A DNA stretch of 63,432 nucleotides, counting the filler, from Dimargaris cristalligena (Eukaryota), in assembly GCA_003614675.1 (NCBI GenBank). It is 5 parts of 5 records of this genome, joined end to end, with 100 filler letters (N's around TTAATTAATTAA, not from the genome) between each part and the next. Parts side by side here need not be neighbours in the genome. Positions count along the whole stretch, not along the records: positions 12,779 to 25,388 come from ML003035.1; positions 25,489 to 38,093 come from ML003036.1; 3 more parts are not named here. One strand, written 5' to 3'. Numbering within the stretch: position 1 is the stretch's first letter; each line of letters begins with the position of its first letter. Below, one piece after another: positions 13,527 through 25,490 of the stretch. A program made the translations under genes and the position numbers. The notes below the pieces were generated by a model. That model was not told the origin of the DNA. It did not search any database and worked only from the letters and a program-made list of their open reading frames with translations.

Positions 13527-14506
13527 ATGGTAACTTGCAATAGTAGCCAGCCCCCCAATCTATCCATCCTAGCTTTACAACAGGAATTCCTCCAAATCCT
13601 TGCTACTCAAAGTACCAAACTTACCAAGCAGTTTGCATCCTAAATCACAGACCAGTAGGCCTAAATAGATACCTGCCTAGCTAGTTATGATGACCTCCTT
13701 ACCTGTTTATCCCTTATTAAGGCTTAATGTGACTCTGCCCACCAAGCCCTTGCTACATCCAAGGCTAAGAACAAAGTGCTTACTGCCCAGATTACCTCCC
13801 TTATGGCCTGTACCCCCAGTCCCAACTGCCCCAAATCCCCATCCCTCAGTCCCCAGCCTGAACTAACTTATACCTCCCAGGTAGCTAAGCCTGCCCCACT
13901 CACTGGCCCTCCAGGCCCCCGCCATACCACTATTAATACCCACTACCCACCTACCAATAGCCACTTAGCAGCAGCCACCCATGCATTCCAACTCCCCACT
14001 GGCCCACAAGGCTATGAGTATATCATTATCCCCCATGGCCATAAAATGTCCTATACAGAAGCCTGCCATAGCCTTCATGTCCTTGGTATTGACACTGCCC
14101 ACATCCTAGATATTATCTTCCCAGCCCATAACCATGCAGCCCTACTGGTACACTAATAGTACTCCCTAACCCTCCGTGCCACCCTTAGGTCTGCTAAGGC
14201 CACCCCAATTGAAGACTTTGAATTCTGGGACCCTAAACACCTTGCTGACCCCAAATTTAATATTAAGTCTGATACTACTAAGCATATTATTGCTATGAAG
14301 ATACATCATGATTGCTGTATCTGCTCACTTATATTTCTGAGTACTAATCATCCCCATGTTGCTACTGCTATTGGCTACTTCTTTGCTGAACAGAGCTGGA
14401 TTTCCACCTCTAATATCCCCCCAGCTATGCTAATCCCTCTAAACACCCCCACCCAACTAATGGTGACTCTGACCAGGATCCTATAGATGACCCCATGCAA
14501 GAATGA
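13527..14506 (+). pseudogene. LINE ORF1 remnant (coiled coil + conserved C-terminal domain)
   Basis: GYEYIIIP...SLHVLGIDTAHILDIIFPA...LLVH and DPKHLADPKF resemble ORF1 proteins of zygomycete LINEs (recalled, not searched). Multiple in-frame stops. Confidence 0.7.
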
Positions 14507-17500
14507 GTCCCCTTAGAATAGCCTTATGGAATGCCTGCTCCCTCTCCACAGTTAAAGCCCAGGATACCCTCCACCACACCTCCCTCTTTGACATAATCTT
14601 TATTACTGAAACTTGGCTTCTACCCCCTAAACACCTACACACCCCATGGACCCAATACCACTAATATGGTCTACCTACCTCCAACTAGCAGCTTGGTCAT
14701 ATGGGTTTTTGTGCCCTTGTCAATCCCTCACTTAATATCCCTATTATTAACCTCAACCTTACCTCCCCTCTCTGCCTCTGCCTTTCCCTTGGCTCTTTCC
14801 AAATTATATGCGTCTATATCCCCCCCTTCTCCCATCCAAGACATTTATTTCTACCCTATTCTCCCTTCCCCTTACCCCAAATACTATTCTCTGTGGGGAC
14901 TTTAACTCCCAGCATAAACAACTTACTAGGGACCACTGCCAAAATACCCTTGGTATAGCCCTCCATGAATAGATTACCACTACTACCCTGGAAGGCCTAC
15001 CCAGACCAGTACCATTGACCTGTTTATATGTAATTTTGAACTGACTCTACTTCCTTAAATATCCATAAGGGCTTAACACTTGACTCTGACCATGCTATTT
15101 TGATCCTTATTTTTTCCCCTCCCCCCTTCTCTATTCCTCCCCCCCTACTAGTACCCCTCACAAATGGCACCTTCATAGACTTGCAAATGAGAAACACTGC
15201 CTCCACTATATCTTCTCTTTTACCATGGTCAGCACCCCTCCTGAATCAGCTACTATCCCTAATTACTAACCCCCCACCCCTAGCCCCTGATATCCACCAG
15301 CTCACTCTTATACTCAATAGTTGTATTTATTCTGCATTAGATAGCTCAGTTGGCCATTGGGGGCCACATATACCCTTTTCTAAGCCCTGGTGGACACCCC
15401 ACCTTACCTCTGCTATACAACTTTGGGACCACCTCTATAAGCAGTGGCACTGGGCTAGCGGTATTAACATAATAGTTAAATGGGCCACATACTAATTGGC
15501 ACAAAGAAAATTTCATAATGCTGTTTACTCCCATCAGCAGCTGTCCTGGCATCAATTCTGTACCTCCCTTGAAAAAACCCCCCAGTCAGCTATCTCCTAT
15601 ACCAGCTGCCTGAATTGCTATCACCAAGCACAGCCCTCATTCACCCATCAGGATGGCCCTCTAACTACCACCAATGTTATGGCTGCCCATTTAGCCCAGA
15701 CATATGATGTGAAATACCTCCCTTCCCCCTGTCCCCCTCCTATCCCATCCAGTGATACTCCATATATACTACCTAATTCACACCTATTACCATTGGCTGT
15801 GGAAGACAATATCTGCTGCCTACCCTATAGGAAGGCCCCTGGTCCTAACCATATTAAGGCTGAAATGCTTTGGTCAATTACCAGCCCTCTCTCACTTATC
15901 CTCTCTGCTATTTTCAGCCTCTGCTGGTAGTGGGCCTATACCTCCCCTCTCTGGAAAACAGCTCATGTTTTCCCCATCTTTAAAAATGGTGATAGGTCTA
16001 ATCCAGCCAATTATCGGCCAATCTCCCTTACATCACACCTCTGAAAATTATTTGAATACTGCCTAACCTCCTTTCTTAATATATTTACACCACCTCTGGA
16101 TCCTGCCCAAGGTGGTTTTTAGCCCCAATGGGGTGTACTTGACCAGGCACTATGCCTCCATGAGCTTATACAGGCTCACTACAATACCCATCACCATTTT
16201 CCTACTATTGCATTCCTTGATATTAAGGCAGCCTATGATACAGTAGACTACTCAATAATTTGGGAGGCTATCTCTAGTGTATCCCTGACCCCTGGATTTC
16301 TCCCCTTACTATCTTATATCTTTGATGATATATTTATATCAGTCTCTCTTCAATGCTTGATTTCAGAGCCTTTCAGGCCAAAAACAGGGGTCCTACAGGG
16401 CTCAGTTCTGAGCCCCCAACTTTATTCAATCTTTATTAATAGCCTACCCATCCTTCTTTGGCAGGCTGCACACCCATTTACACCCTCTATCCCCCCCCAT
16501 AGTGGGTATAATCCCCACCCTCTAGCTATTAATTCACTACTCTATGTGGACAATGTTACCATTTTTGGCTCTCCCAATGATGTTGCTAATATGCTGGCCC
16601 TTGCTGAGAGGTACTCAATCATATACAGATACCACTGGAGCCCCTCTAAATGTGTACCCCTCACCACAAACCAGTGGCTCCACTTTAAGCAGTATGGAAC
16701 CCCTCTGACCCATTAAGAGGATTTTCCTTATTTGGGTATCCCATTTACATAAAAGGGGGTATCTCCTCCCCTTCTCCTGGCCCACACTACCAGCTGTGCA
16801 TACAACTGCATAAGGCTGCTTGCAGCTATGGGCTTGAAAAAGTCTGGCTTTAATACTACTCTATGTCTGCACCTATACACTTCTCTTATGCACCCTATTT
16901 TTGAGTATGGTATAGCCATATGCTCCCTTAATATTACCCAGACAAAAGCTCTAGAAAAAGCCCAAAACATCTGCCTGTGGCAGATTATTAGTGGCCAGGA
17001 TAGAACATCTACCCATATCCTCCACCATATTTATGGCTTTCCATCAATGGCCCACTGGGCCCAGGTTCTCACTGCCAAATACTGACATTGGGTGGCCCTT
17101 TTACCATAGGATAGCCTCCTCACACTCCTCCAGCCAATCCTCCACAAATCCTACCTTTTATCCACCCTCTGCCAATCCTCCCTCTTCCTCTCTATCCCCC
17201 CATCCCCCTCTAATACTGATATCAGAGATGCCATACTGAATACCCGCCTTACTGAAGTTGATTTGCTACAAAGTACTCAGGCCCTCATGAAAGGCTGCTA
17301 CCAATTTATTGGCAAAGACCCTATCACTTACCTGCCTGCCACTAGCACTGAATGCCACCATCTGATTTTCTGGTGTATGGGGTGGTTACCAGGTCACTAT
17401 GAGGATTGCCCATGTGGCATTGGCCACACATCCCAAAATCACCTCCCAAAATGCCCCCTCATCCCCTGCCTGCTATTTGCTGCACTACCATCCCCCACAA

Positions 17501-17658
17501 TAGATACTAACCCTATTGATTTTGCCATCTCCTCCCTGCCAACATCCCCCCGCTACCCCTGTTGCTTTTGGGTCCCCCTCCTTAAAATACTATTGTATAT
17601 TGCCTGTATATGTTGCCTTGATATCATACTTCCCCCAGAGGACTCAGGCTCAATTTAG
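14503..17658 (+). pseudogene. LINE ORF2 remnant: AP endonuclease + reverse transcriptase
   Basis: APE motifs LWNA, ITETW, GDFN, SDH. RT motifs KAPGPN, NYRPISL, QGGF, FLDIKAAYD, GVLQGSVLSP, YVDNV (from YADDV), YLGIPF. C-terminal Cys/His cluster CPCG...HLPKC. Confidence 0.92.
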
Positions 17659-18944
17659 TCTACTACCACTGCAGTTAACCCTCCAGTCATATAGTTCTGA
17701 GCTATAGCTCCACCCCCCCTTTTTTTTCTCTCCTTTTTTTTCTTTTCCTTTTACTATGGCTCAAATTTGATAGTCACTGGTAGGCAAAGTGTGGATAGAG
17801 TAATGTGGCAATCTGTGGCAATATCCCTTTAAAAGTAACCCCTGGATGTCCACCTCTATTTCACCACTGACCCTGCCACCCCCCTCTGTTAAAGTTTTAC
17901 TGCAAGGTCCTGCTACTAAGTAGTAGTGGCCAATGCTTTCTTTTATTTGATTCCCCCAGGGTGGGGATTTAAAATGCCATATAGGTGTTACTCCTTGCAA
18001 CCCTGTATAAATAAATCCCTATTATTCTTCTGACATATGGTCACAACTGGAAAATTTTAAAAGAATTGGATTTTATCAGTTATTTTTATAATTTGATTTG
18101 TTTGACATTTAGTGATACTGATTCACTGTATAGGTCAGTTAGAATTCCAGTGGGTAGCCCAGATATGCCCTACATTTAGGAGCGACAGCTAGTTTGCCCT
18201 ATATTACCAGTCGAGGTGCACTAATGGTAAAAAATAAATGTATACGTCCTTCACATAGATACTATATTTCACCATTACTGAATGTCACTAGCAGCATCCT
18301 TCGATTTAGCCATATTCCAACTGAGTAATTAATTGGACTGGTTAATAAGGGAATACGAGTATAGTTCAACAATACTGGGTTGCAACACTATTGATATTTT
18401 TGAGGGAATGTCGATTGGCTTTTGAACTTTTATCAGATGAGCCCAATTCAGCACACCAATTTATCGCTATTTAACTGGGATGGATTTCCCCTTATCTGCA
18501 GAGGGTCTAATATCGACCGGTAAAGAAGATGGGCCCAGTATATTGGCCATATTCCTGGCCTGTGGTGATAGAGAATATATCACAGTGACCGGCTGGTTGA
18601 CCTTTAAGATATCCTCATCTCTTCTCACCTTGGGCTGCGACAACACCTTTCACTGAGGGTGCATTATTATATTGGCGCTCGAAATATGCACACGGGGGAA
18701 AGGGCTTATTCCCACTGATAGTGAATGGGAAGAGGGAATCACTATGGCGTTCGCTGCTTGTGTGGGCTAGGTTAACCGAGTATTTTCACAGATGCAGTCA
18801 CGTCGCTATGCTTAACTTTCTTGGTCTCAATCGCAGCTTTCGCTCTTATTACATTCAATCCCAAGTTCAAACATTTCTCGGCAGCTCTCTTCCTATTTTC
18901 TTTTCTATTTTCCTCCAAGTACTCTAATCTCTCCCAAGCTCACC

Positions 18945-20078
18945 ATGGCATCCGCAGTTCGTAAAGCGCTGAACATTGCCCTTGTTCAAATGAAAGTAAC
19001 GGCCAATAAGGCGACTAATTTGCAAGTTGCTCGGGAGAAAGTCCTGGCAGCCGGCCAAAATGGAGCCGATGTGGTCGTATTGCCTGTAAGCTACCTTTTA
19101 CGGCATATTATTTAGCTCTCGTAGGGTGAAAACCCGGTCTTCTAAGCAGACCCGAATTCCCGGTATACCTGCTTTCGAAAACTCGACGCCCTCTACCCTT
19201 TTGTCTAACCTTAGGTGATACTTGTAGCCCTCTTCTCGCCCCTTAACTAACAATTATAAATCGTATTCGATCATTGTACTGGATAAATTTGTACTGTCCC
19301 CATTCAGGAATGTTTCAACTCCCCCTACGGAGTTCAGCATTTTGAGCAATACGCTGAGCCCATCGAGGGCACCGCCCCTGGTGAGAGTATCCGGGCCCTT
19401 TCGGCCATGGCTAAAGACGCCCAAGTCTATCTCGTCGGCGGTACTATTCCCGAGGTTGTAGTGAAAGAAGGGGGCGCGGATTCGCCATCCCAGCCCCAAC
19501 GCCAACTCTACAATACGTGTCCCATCTTCAACCGGGCCGGCCACCTACTTGCCACCCACCGCAAAGTGCACCTGTTCGACATTGACGTGCCCGGCAAAAT
19601 GACGTTCCGAGAAAGCTCGGTTCTGCACGCCGGCAACCATTTGACCCAATTCACCACCGAATGGGGTCCCATCGGGGTCGGTATTTGCTACGACCTGCGT
19701 TTCCCGGAGATGGCCATGATTGCGGCCCGTCGGGGCTGCATCGCCATGATTTACCCGGCCGCGTTCAACATTACCACAGGCCCTGTGTTCTTTGAACTTT
19801 TGCAGCGGGCCCGGGCCGTTGATAACCTTTTTTTCGTAGCCACTTGTTCGCCCGCCCGGGCCGACCCCGAGGCGATTCGAAATGAAGGAGTCTATCCCGC
19901 TTGGGGCCACTCGTCCGTCGTTGGTCCGGTAGGCGAGGTGATTGCAACTTGCGATCACGAAGATACCACTGTGGTGGCTCAATTGGATCTGGATAGATTG
20001 GACGAGGCCCGTCGGTTCTATCCTATTTATCAGCAGCGCCGGTTTGACTTGTACCCTGATGTGGCCCAGGGGCTCTAG
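18945..20078 (+). CDS. NIT3: Omega-amidase, carbon-nitrogen hydrolase family (Nit2/Nit3-like). Exons 18945-19085 and 19308-20078
   Basis: Catalytic E-K-C triad in VVLP|ECFNSPYG, HRKVHLFDIDVPG and GICYDLRFPE. Also AFNITTGP and WGHS. Phase-0 GTAAGC...CAG intron. Confidence 0.93.
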
Positions 20079-20810
20079 TCAGGCACCGGAAACTCCATGC
20101 GGCTGCATCGCCTACACTTAATCCAAATGTTCTGCTAGCATATATTGCAGTCTGAGCCTAGGGGTTGGAATAAATAAAATCCCCTCAAGCATTTGTAAAC
20201 AATAGAATCCGAGCAACTCCCTTACGACTAAGTAAATGGGGATGGGGTGGTCACGGTTTAGGGCGATTGGGGGTATACATTGGAGCACGGGGTATTGGCC
20301 ACTGTAATCCAATTGAGGATGTTTTCATACTATGTTGTTTAATTGAAGGATTGAGTGGGCGGAAATCGGTAGATAGTTAAAGGAAAAAGATACACCCGAG
20401 TTTGATAGGTTCTTTGACACATAGTTGCATTACATAAATGGATCGGGGCGCCAGAGAAGGCTAGGGGCTGAAAAGCGACGAGATGGTTCCAATTAGTATA
20501 CAGAAAAAAAGGTATTGACGAAGGTAGATAATACAGCGTAGAGAAATAGAGACGGGGAAATGGGGGAGGTGTGTAAAGAATCATTCATCCGTAAGAGCAA
20601 AAACAATATGTAGGGATAAAACAATAGGAAGACTTGATCGTTTCCTTAACTCAGGCCAAGTCGGGGTGATGGAGATTGAGCTGCCATATACAGTACTGCA
20701 AGCGGTTGCGGCGTATGGCAATTATAATAAAAACGCACAGAAACTAGAATAGTACCCAATGGCCGTTGGGCCCATTGGGAACAGTGACGTAGTCTAGGCG
20801 CAGATGGGTT

Positions 20811-22043
20811 CTATTCGCTGACTTCATCCGAAGTGTCAGCTGGTTTGCCAAAGGGTGGGGGAACCACGCCGTTGTAGACGAAAGTCCCGTATATGAGAAT
20901 GGCGAAGCCAGCGACCTGCAAGAGCTGGAAATGTTCCCAACCGAGGGAAACACTAGCCATCCAGATGAACAGGGTGCGGCAGGTATCGATGGTGGAGCGG
21001 GAGGTGGCGCTGAGGGAGCGGGTGACGGACAAGCCAAACCAGTTGAAGAAGGCGATGGAGAACATAATGGCAATGGAGGTAGTCCAAACGCCAGAGTTAT
21101 CGACAATTTGGTGGAAGCCGTCGTACATGTCGAAGTAGCCGCCCGGGTGCGTGCGGCCAATGACCCCATGCAGAAGTGGGATGCCCATGGCTACGGTACC
21201 TAAGCCGAAAATACCTTCCAGGCCCACCGCCCGCATGGGCACCACATGGAACTTGTGCATAATTTTCTCTTCCACCACGAACTGGGCGGCGGTGAAAATC
21301 TGGGCCATCAACACCATACCCACTCCGAGCAGGGACCGTTCCGAAAATTCCACCCCGGCTACTGTGATACCAATCGGGTCGGCGGCGTTGGGAACAGGGG
21401 CCGGCTGGTACGGGAAAAGCACACTGCTCATCCCCACCGTACCCACCCCAATCATAATAAGCAGTAGCGAACCCCACTGGAAGGACTGGAGCCGGTGTTT
21501 CAGGAAAATAACGGAGAAGATGCCCGAGAAAATCACCACGGCACCGCGCAGCATCTGGTAAACGGAAGCGGAAGTGTAGAACAGGCCCACGTTCATGAGG
21601 GTGGTGCCACAGATATCGAAGGCGGCCGGAAGCCACATGAGGAGGGTGCGGAGCCCGGTGAGCGGGCGGGTGTCGGCCAGCGTGGCTGGGAGAGCGTCGG
21701 GGTTACCGGCCATGGCCAGAACGCCCGCTTCGCCCCCAATGATATCTTCGATATCGTCGCCATCGCCCGGGGCCGCGGCCGTCAGCAGCTCCTGGTAACC
21801 TTGGCGCTTCCGGCGGTAATTGGTCCAGAAGATGTTGAGGTAAAACACGATAAGACAGAGGGTTTCGCCAGCGAACATGTTGAGGGTCTGCCAAGTGGGC
21901 TGCTCAAACAGCTGGCGCCGGCTGGGGTCGGGGTCCTCGCAGTTGCCCACGCACTCCATATCCTGCAACTTAGTCAGCAGGGTGTTGAGGGTGCCAGTGA
22001 CCAGCATGCCACTCACCAAAACCACGGTTTGCGACGTTTTCAT
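20811..22043 (-). CDS. SLC35F6-like drug/metabolite (nucleotide-sugar transporter superfamily) membrane protein, 410 aa
   Basis: About 10 hydrophobic segments. Motifs MLVTGTLNTL, FEQPTWQTLNMFAGE, PAAFDICGTTLMNVGL, ASVYQMLRG, QFVVEEK, VGLEGIFG, SIAFFNWFGLSVT..LSATSRSTIDTCRT. Confidence 0.92.
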   Translation of the reverse strand: MKTSQTVVLVSGMLVTGTLNTLLTKLQDMECVGNCEDPDPSRRQLFEQPTWQTLNMFAGETLCLIVFYLNIFWTNYRRKRQGYQELLTAAAPGDGDDIEDIIGGEAGVLAMAGNPDALPATLADTRPLTGLRTLLMWLPAAFDICGTTLMNVGLFYTSASVYQMLRGAVVIFSGIFSVIFLKHRLQSFQWGSLLLIMIGVGTVGMSSVLFPYQPAPVPNAADPIGITVAGVEFSERSLLGVGMVLMAQIFTAAQFVVEEKIMHKFHVVPMRAVGLEGIFGLGTVAMGIPLLHGVIGRTHPGGYFDMYDGFHQIVDNSGVWTTSIAIMFSIAFFNWFGLSVTRSLSATSRSTIDTCRTLFIWMASVSLGWEHFQLLQVAGFAILIYGTFVYNGVVPPPFGKPADTSDEVSE

Positions 22044-25000
22044 GACGTCGGCCTATGGGGTTGAGGAAGGAGGCGGGGAGGGTCTCGGGATTAGGTTGGC
22101 AGGGGCAATGTGCTGTAGACGACCGGATACGTAGGCGTCAAGTCAAATACGGGTGGTGAAATAAGGGGTAAATATAGCGGCAATGGAGTACTGTAATGGG
22201 GGCTGGCGGAGGGAAGAGATAATAGAAACGGGGAGGGGGAATGCGTCGCTGGAATATAAAGAACAAGAGGACAAAAGGGTACAGAGATATATGCAGTGTA
22301 TTGTAGCGGGGGATTAAAGACGGATAAGCGGGGGAGAGGATACCAACCTGCCAGGGTGCTAGTATAATCATCACAACTAAGGGAGAGGGGGGGGATAGGG
22401 CCAATGTGGCTGGCGAGCCCAGGCTGGTCGGACACGGGGCTCCTCAGGGCCTCTTGTGTAGCCAATAGCCATCTGCTAATAAGGCCAATGACTCCCCTTC
22501 ACCCATACCATTCACTCGGCGCCTCCCGTTCTTTTCTCCGTCAGCTAGGTCACGCGGACCTGGTCACCAGTCACAGAAGAGATAGATGGTGAATTAGGTG
22601 GCAAGGCGAATACACGGGCCCTTGGGACAATCTTCCCATTAGTACTATGGAACCTTGTCAGCCTGGAATGGCGGACCACCCACCCTGCTCATACCACAGT
22701 CATCGATAACGAACAGTCGCTTGAACCCCCCCCACCCAATACACACCAGCCTAGTGACAAGGGGCACCCGTCGCATCATCAGCCGAGTAAAACCACCATT
22801 GCACTGAGTGGTATAGGGGTCAGCTGACCCTATTCTAGGCTGTTGAACTTGTGAAGGGGCGGTGTGGTGGGCTCTGCTTTCCCACCATAGATGGGCCAGA
22901 TTACCCGACCAGTTCCCGCTGCACGTAGCAATTATACCCAAGGGCTTGATGCAAAAGGCGGGAAAAGTAGGACCATCCTGTCGATCTGACCCCGTGTGCT
23001 ACCCTTTACCTTAATCCACGGCCACCGTTGTTCACTTCCGGCGGTTTGGCTAAAATTCGGCCCTTAAGGGCATAATTAAAGGACATCCCTTTGGAACGCA
23101 TTAAAGTTGCACCAGAGTGTGGCAGACATTCCAGGTAGTTGTTAGGAGGGTTGCTAAATAAGACACCCGGTTGCTATTAAGGCTGGGCCAGCATATACTT
23201 AGTCACCAGTAAAAGCTCGAAATGTGCCATTTGTGACTATTCTAGATTTTCCGCAATGGCTATACCATAACCCACCCTGTGGGCATACTCAAGTAGGCGG
23301 ATAATTGGGCTGAATGAATATACCACTGTAGTGCTGTATGTAACCATGCTGGATTAATCTATTTTACACACTTCACAGTATATTAATTTCTTGGTGAAAT
23401 GCCACGTTCCGGTATATACAACTAATCAGAAACCTAGGGATACTACTGCTTATAAGCCGCCTTGACGTTCCAATAAAAAGAGGCCATTCGTTGCGTTTAT
23501 TTACAGATGATACACTAAATAAACTAAAAAAAGGTATTCCAACTCGCAAGCGAAGTGTACAGGCATGGGCTGTAGGTCTATTTTCACAGGCGCGCCCAAA
23601 AGTGCGACACAGTGCGTTGAACAATTCTTGAAAGCTACGGATGCGTTGTATTTACAAGGTCTACTTGAGTGTATCCTCTGTTATATCACTGGGACATATG
23701 GATTTCGGACCTTTCCTCTAGTAACCGTTATTCGATGCGGATGGCTGAAACCAATCCTAGGCTGAACTGGTGAATGTTCAGTTGAGTGGTGTAAAAAGCC
23801 ACAGGTTGAAAAATGAACTATCTGGCCCCTATACCACCCAGGAACGAGACTATCATTGCCATTAGGAGTTGGAATCGTCGTCGGAATTGTTGTCCGCCAA
23901 ATCGGGGCAGACAGCGGCGGTGTAAACATCGGGCAAGGGCATAAACATTTTAGGCGAGTCTGAAACCTTTAGATGAAAATAATGAGAAAGATGGATATTG
24001 TAAGGCAATTTTGGATATGGGAATGTGAATAGGGATGCAAATGGAGCCAATTGAGTTGTGATATGGTTTTTGAAGTCGACGGAGCAGCGCTGGCTTCTTA
24101 TATACCCCAAACCTTGGCGACTCTACCAATTTATCTATTTAATAACTGACAGCATCAATACGCAAACGAGGAAGGTGGTGTGCTGTCGAGTTATCCACCG
24201 TAAAAAAATACAGATTCTAAATTGCAAAGTAAATTATTTTGACAAGAGGATCTTGTTGGCGAGTACTTTAACCTGCAGCCATAACATATCTTAACCGTTA
24301 CCCAAAATAGTTTGAAATTACGATAAAATCTGTCACACTACCCTATATTACCAATTAGGCGGATGACAGAGTTGTTGGTGCACAGTTACTAGACCTCATG
24401 GTTTAACGAGACAGTTTCTTTCGCAACATCAATTGATTCCGCGAACATGTTAGAATCCGATGTTCTCGCCAATAACTTTCTGGTTGTGATGTACTCTTGG
24501 GCGGATTGTTTAGGCTATTCTCTATTTCAACACCCGTTCTCGATAGTAGAGATCGCGATTAACGATCAGGCCGCTACGGTTTGGATTCGATGGACATAGT
24601 CACAATCCCGGAACTGGGTTCACGATCAATCTAAGATCACATGGAATGCTTTGATGACTGTAGACTACCTCGTACGGTCATTTTAAATGATGGCTTTTAT
24701 TCGCATTAAAAATGGTTCCCTTTTGCGGCGCCACCTCGAATTCGACCGATTGAATTTATACAATCAACAAGATCGAATCACAGCCATTCTGTATTCGACT
24801 TTCCCAGCGAACACTATTCAATTTAGACCCTGATCTACATCTTCACTTTGTCTTGGCGACTAACTTAAATTGAAGTGGGACATATATTGTCCGAATCACC
24901 TCGGGGACTTCCCCAAAAGTTGATCTCATACACAAGAGTTAAGCTGCAGAGTGTAGTGTTGTGGTCGCAATTAATACCACAAGGTAATATGGCCTAATAA

Positions 25001-25490
25001 CCTTATCAGGGCCAACTGGAGCAGCCTCAGTCTAGTGGGAAAAACTAACTAACTAAGGGAAACACGCACTCAGCGGGGACAATTCTTATCTGATCTTCAG
25101 ATAGGGACAATTAGGGCAACCGGGGATCACACAGGGATCCTTCTAATGTATGGCAGATAAGGCACAGTGAATGGGCTTGGGCCAAATGGACGATAGGAAT
25201 AGAACAAGACCGGTGGATCGAAAATAACTGACTGGTAAACTTATACTTGGTGTCAAAAAACTGCCTATTTATTAGGAGAATACCTGATGGGTATTTATAT
25301 GAAAATGTAATAAAAAAGGCCACCAATGTTGGTGGCTCTGAGAGTACTAAGTCTGGGGATATGCCCCAGACTCCTATAACTAAATGATNNNNNNNNNNNN
25401 NNNNNNNNNNNNNNNNNNNNNNNNNNNNNNNNTTAATTAATTAANNNNNNNNNNNNNNNNNNNNNNNNNNNNNNNNNNNNNNNNNNNNCC

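Larger units (their letters stand above)
13400..18020 (+). mobile_element. Degenerate full-length non-LTR retrotransposon (LINE; ORF1 + APE-RT ORF2); ends approximate
   Basis: Collinear remnants of ORF1, AP endonuclease and RT, broken by many stops. AATAAA near 18010. Extreme CpG depletion. Confidence 0.93.
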
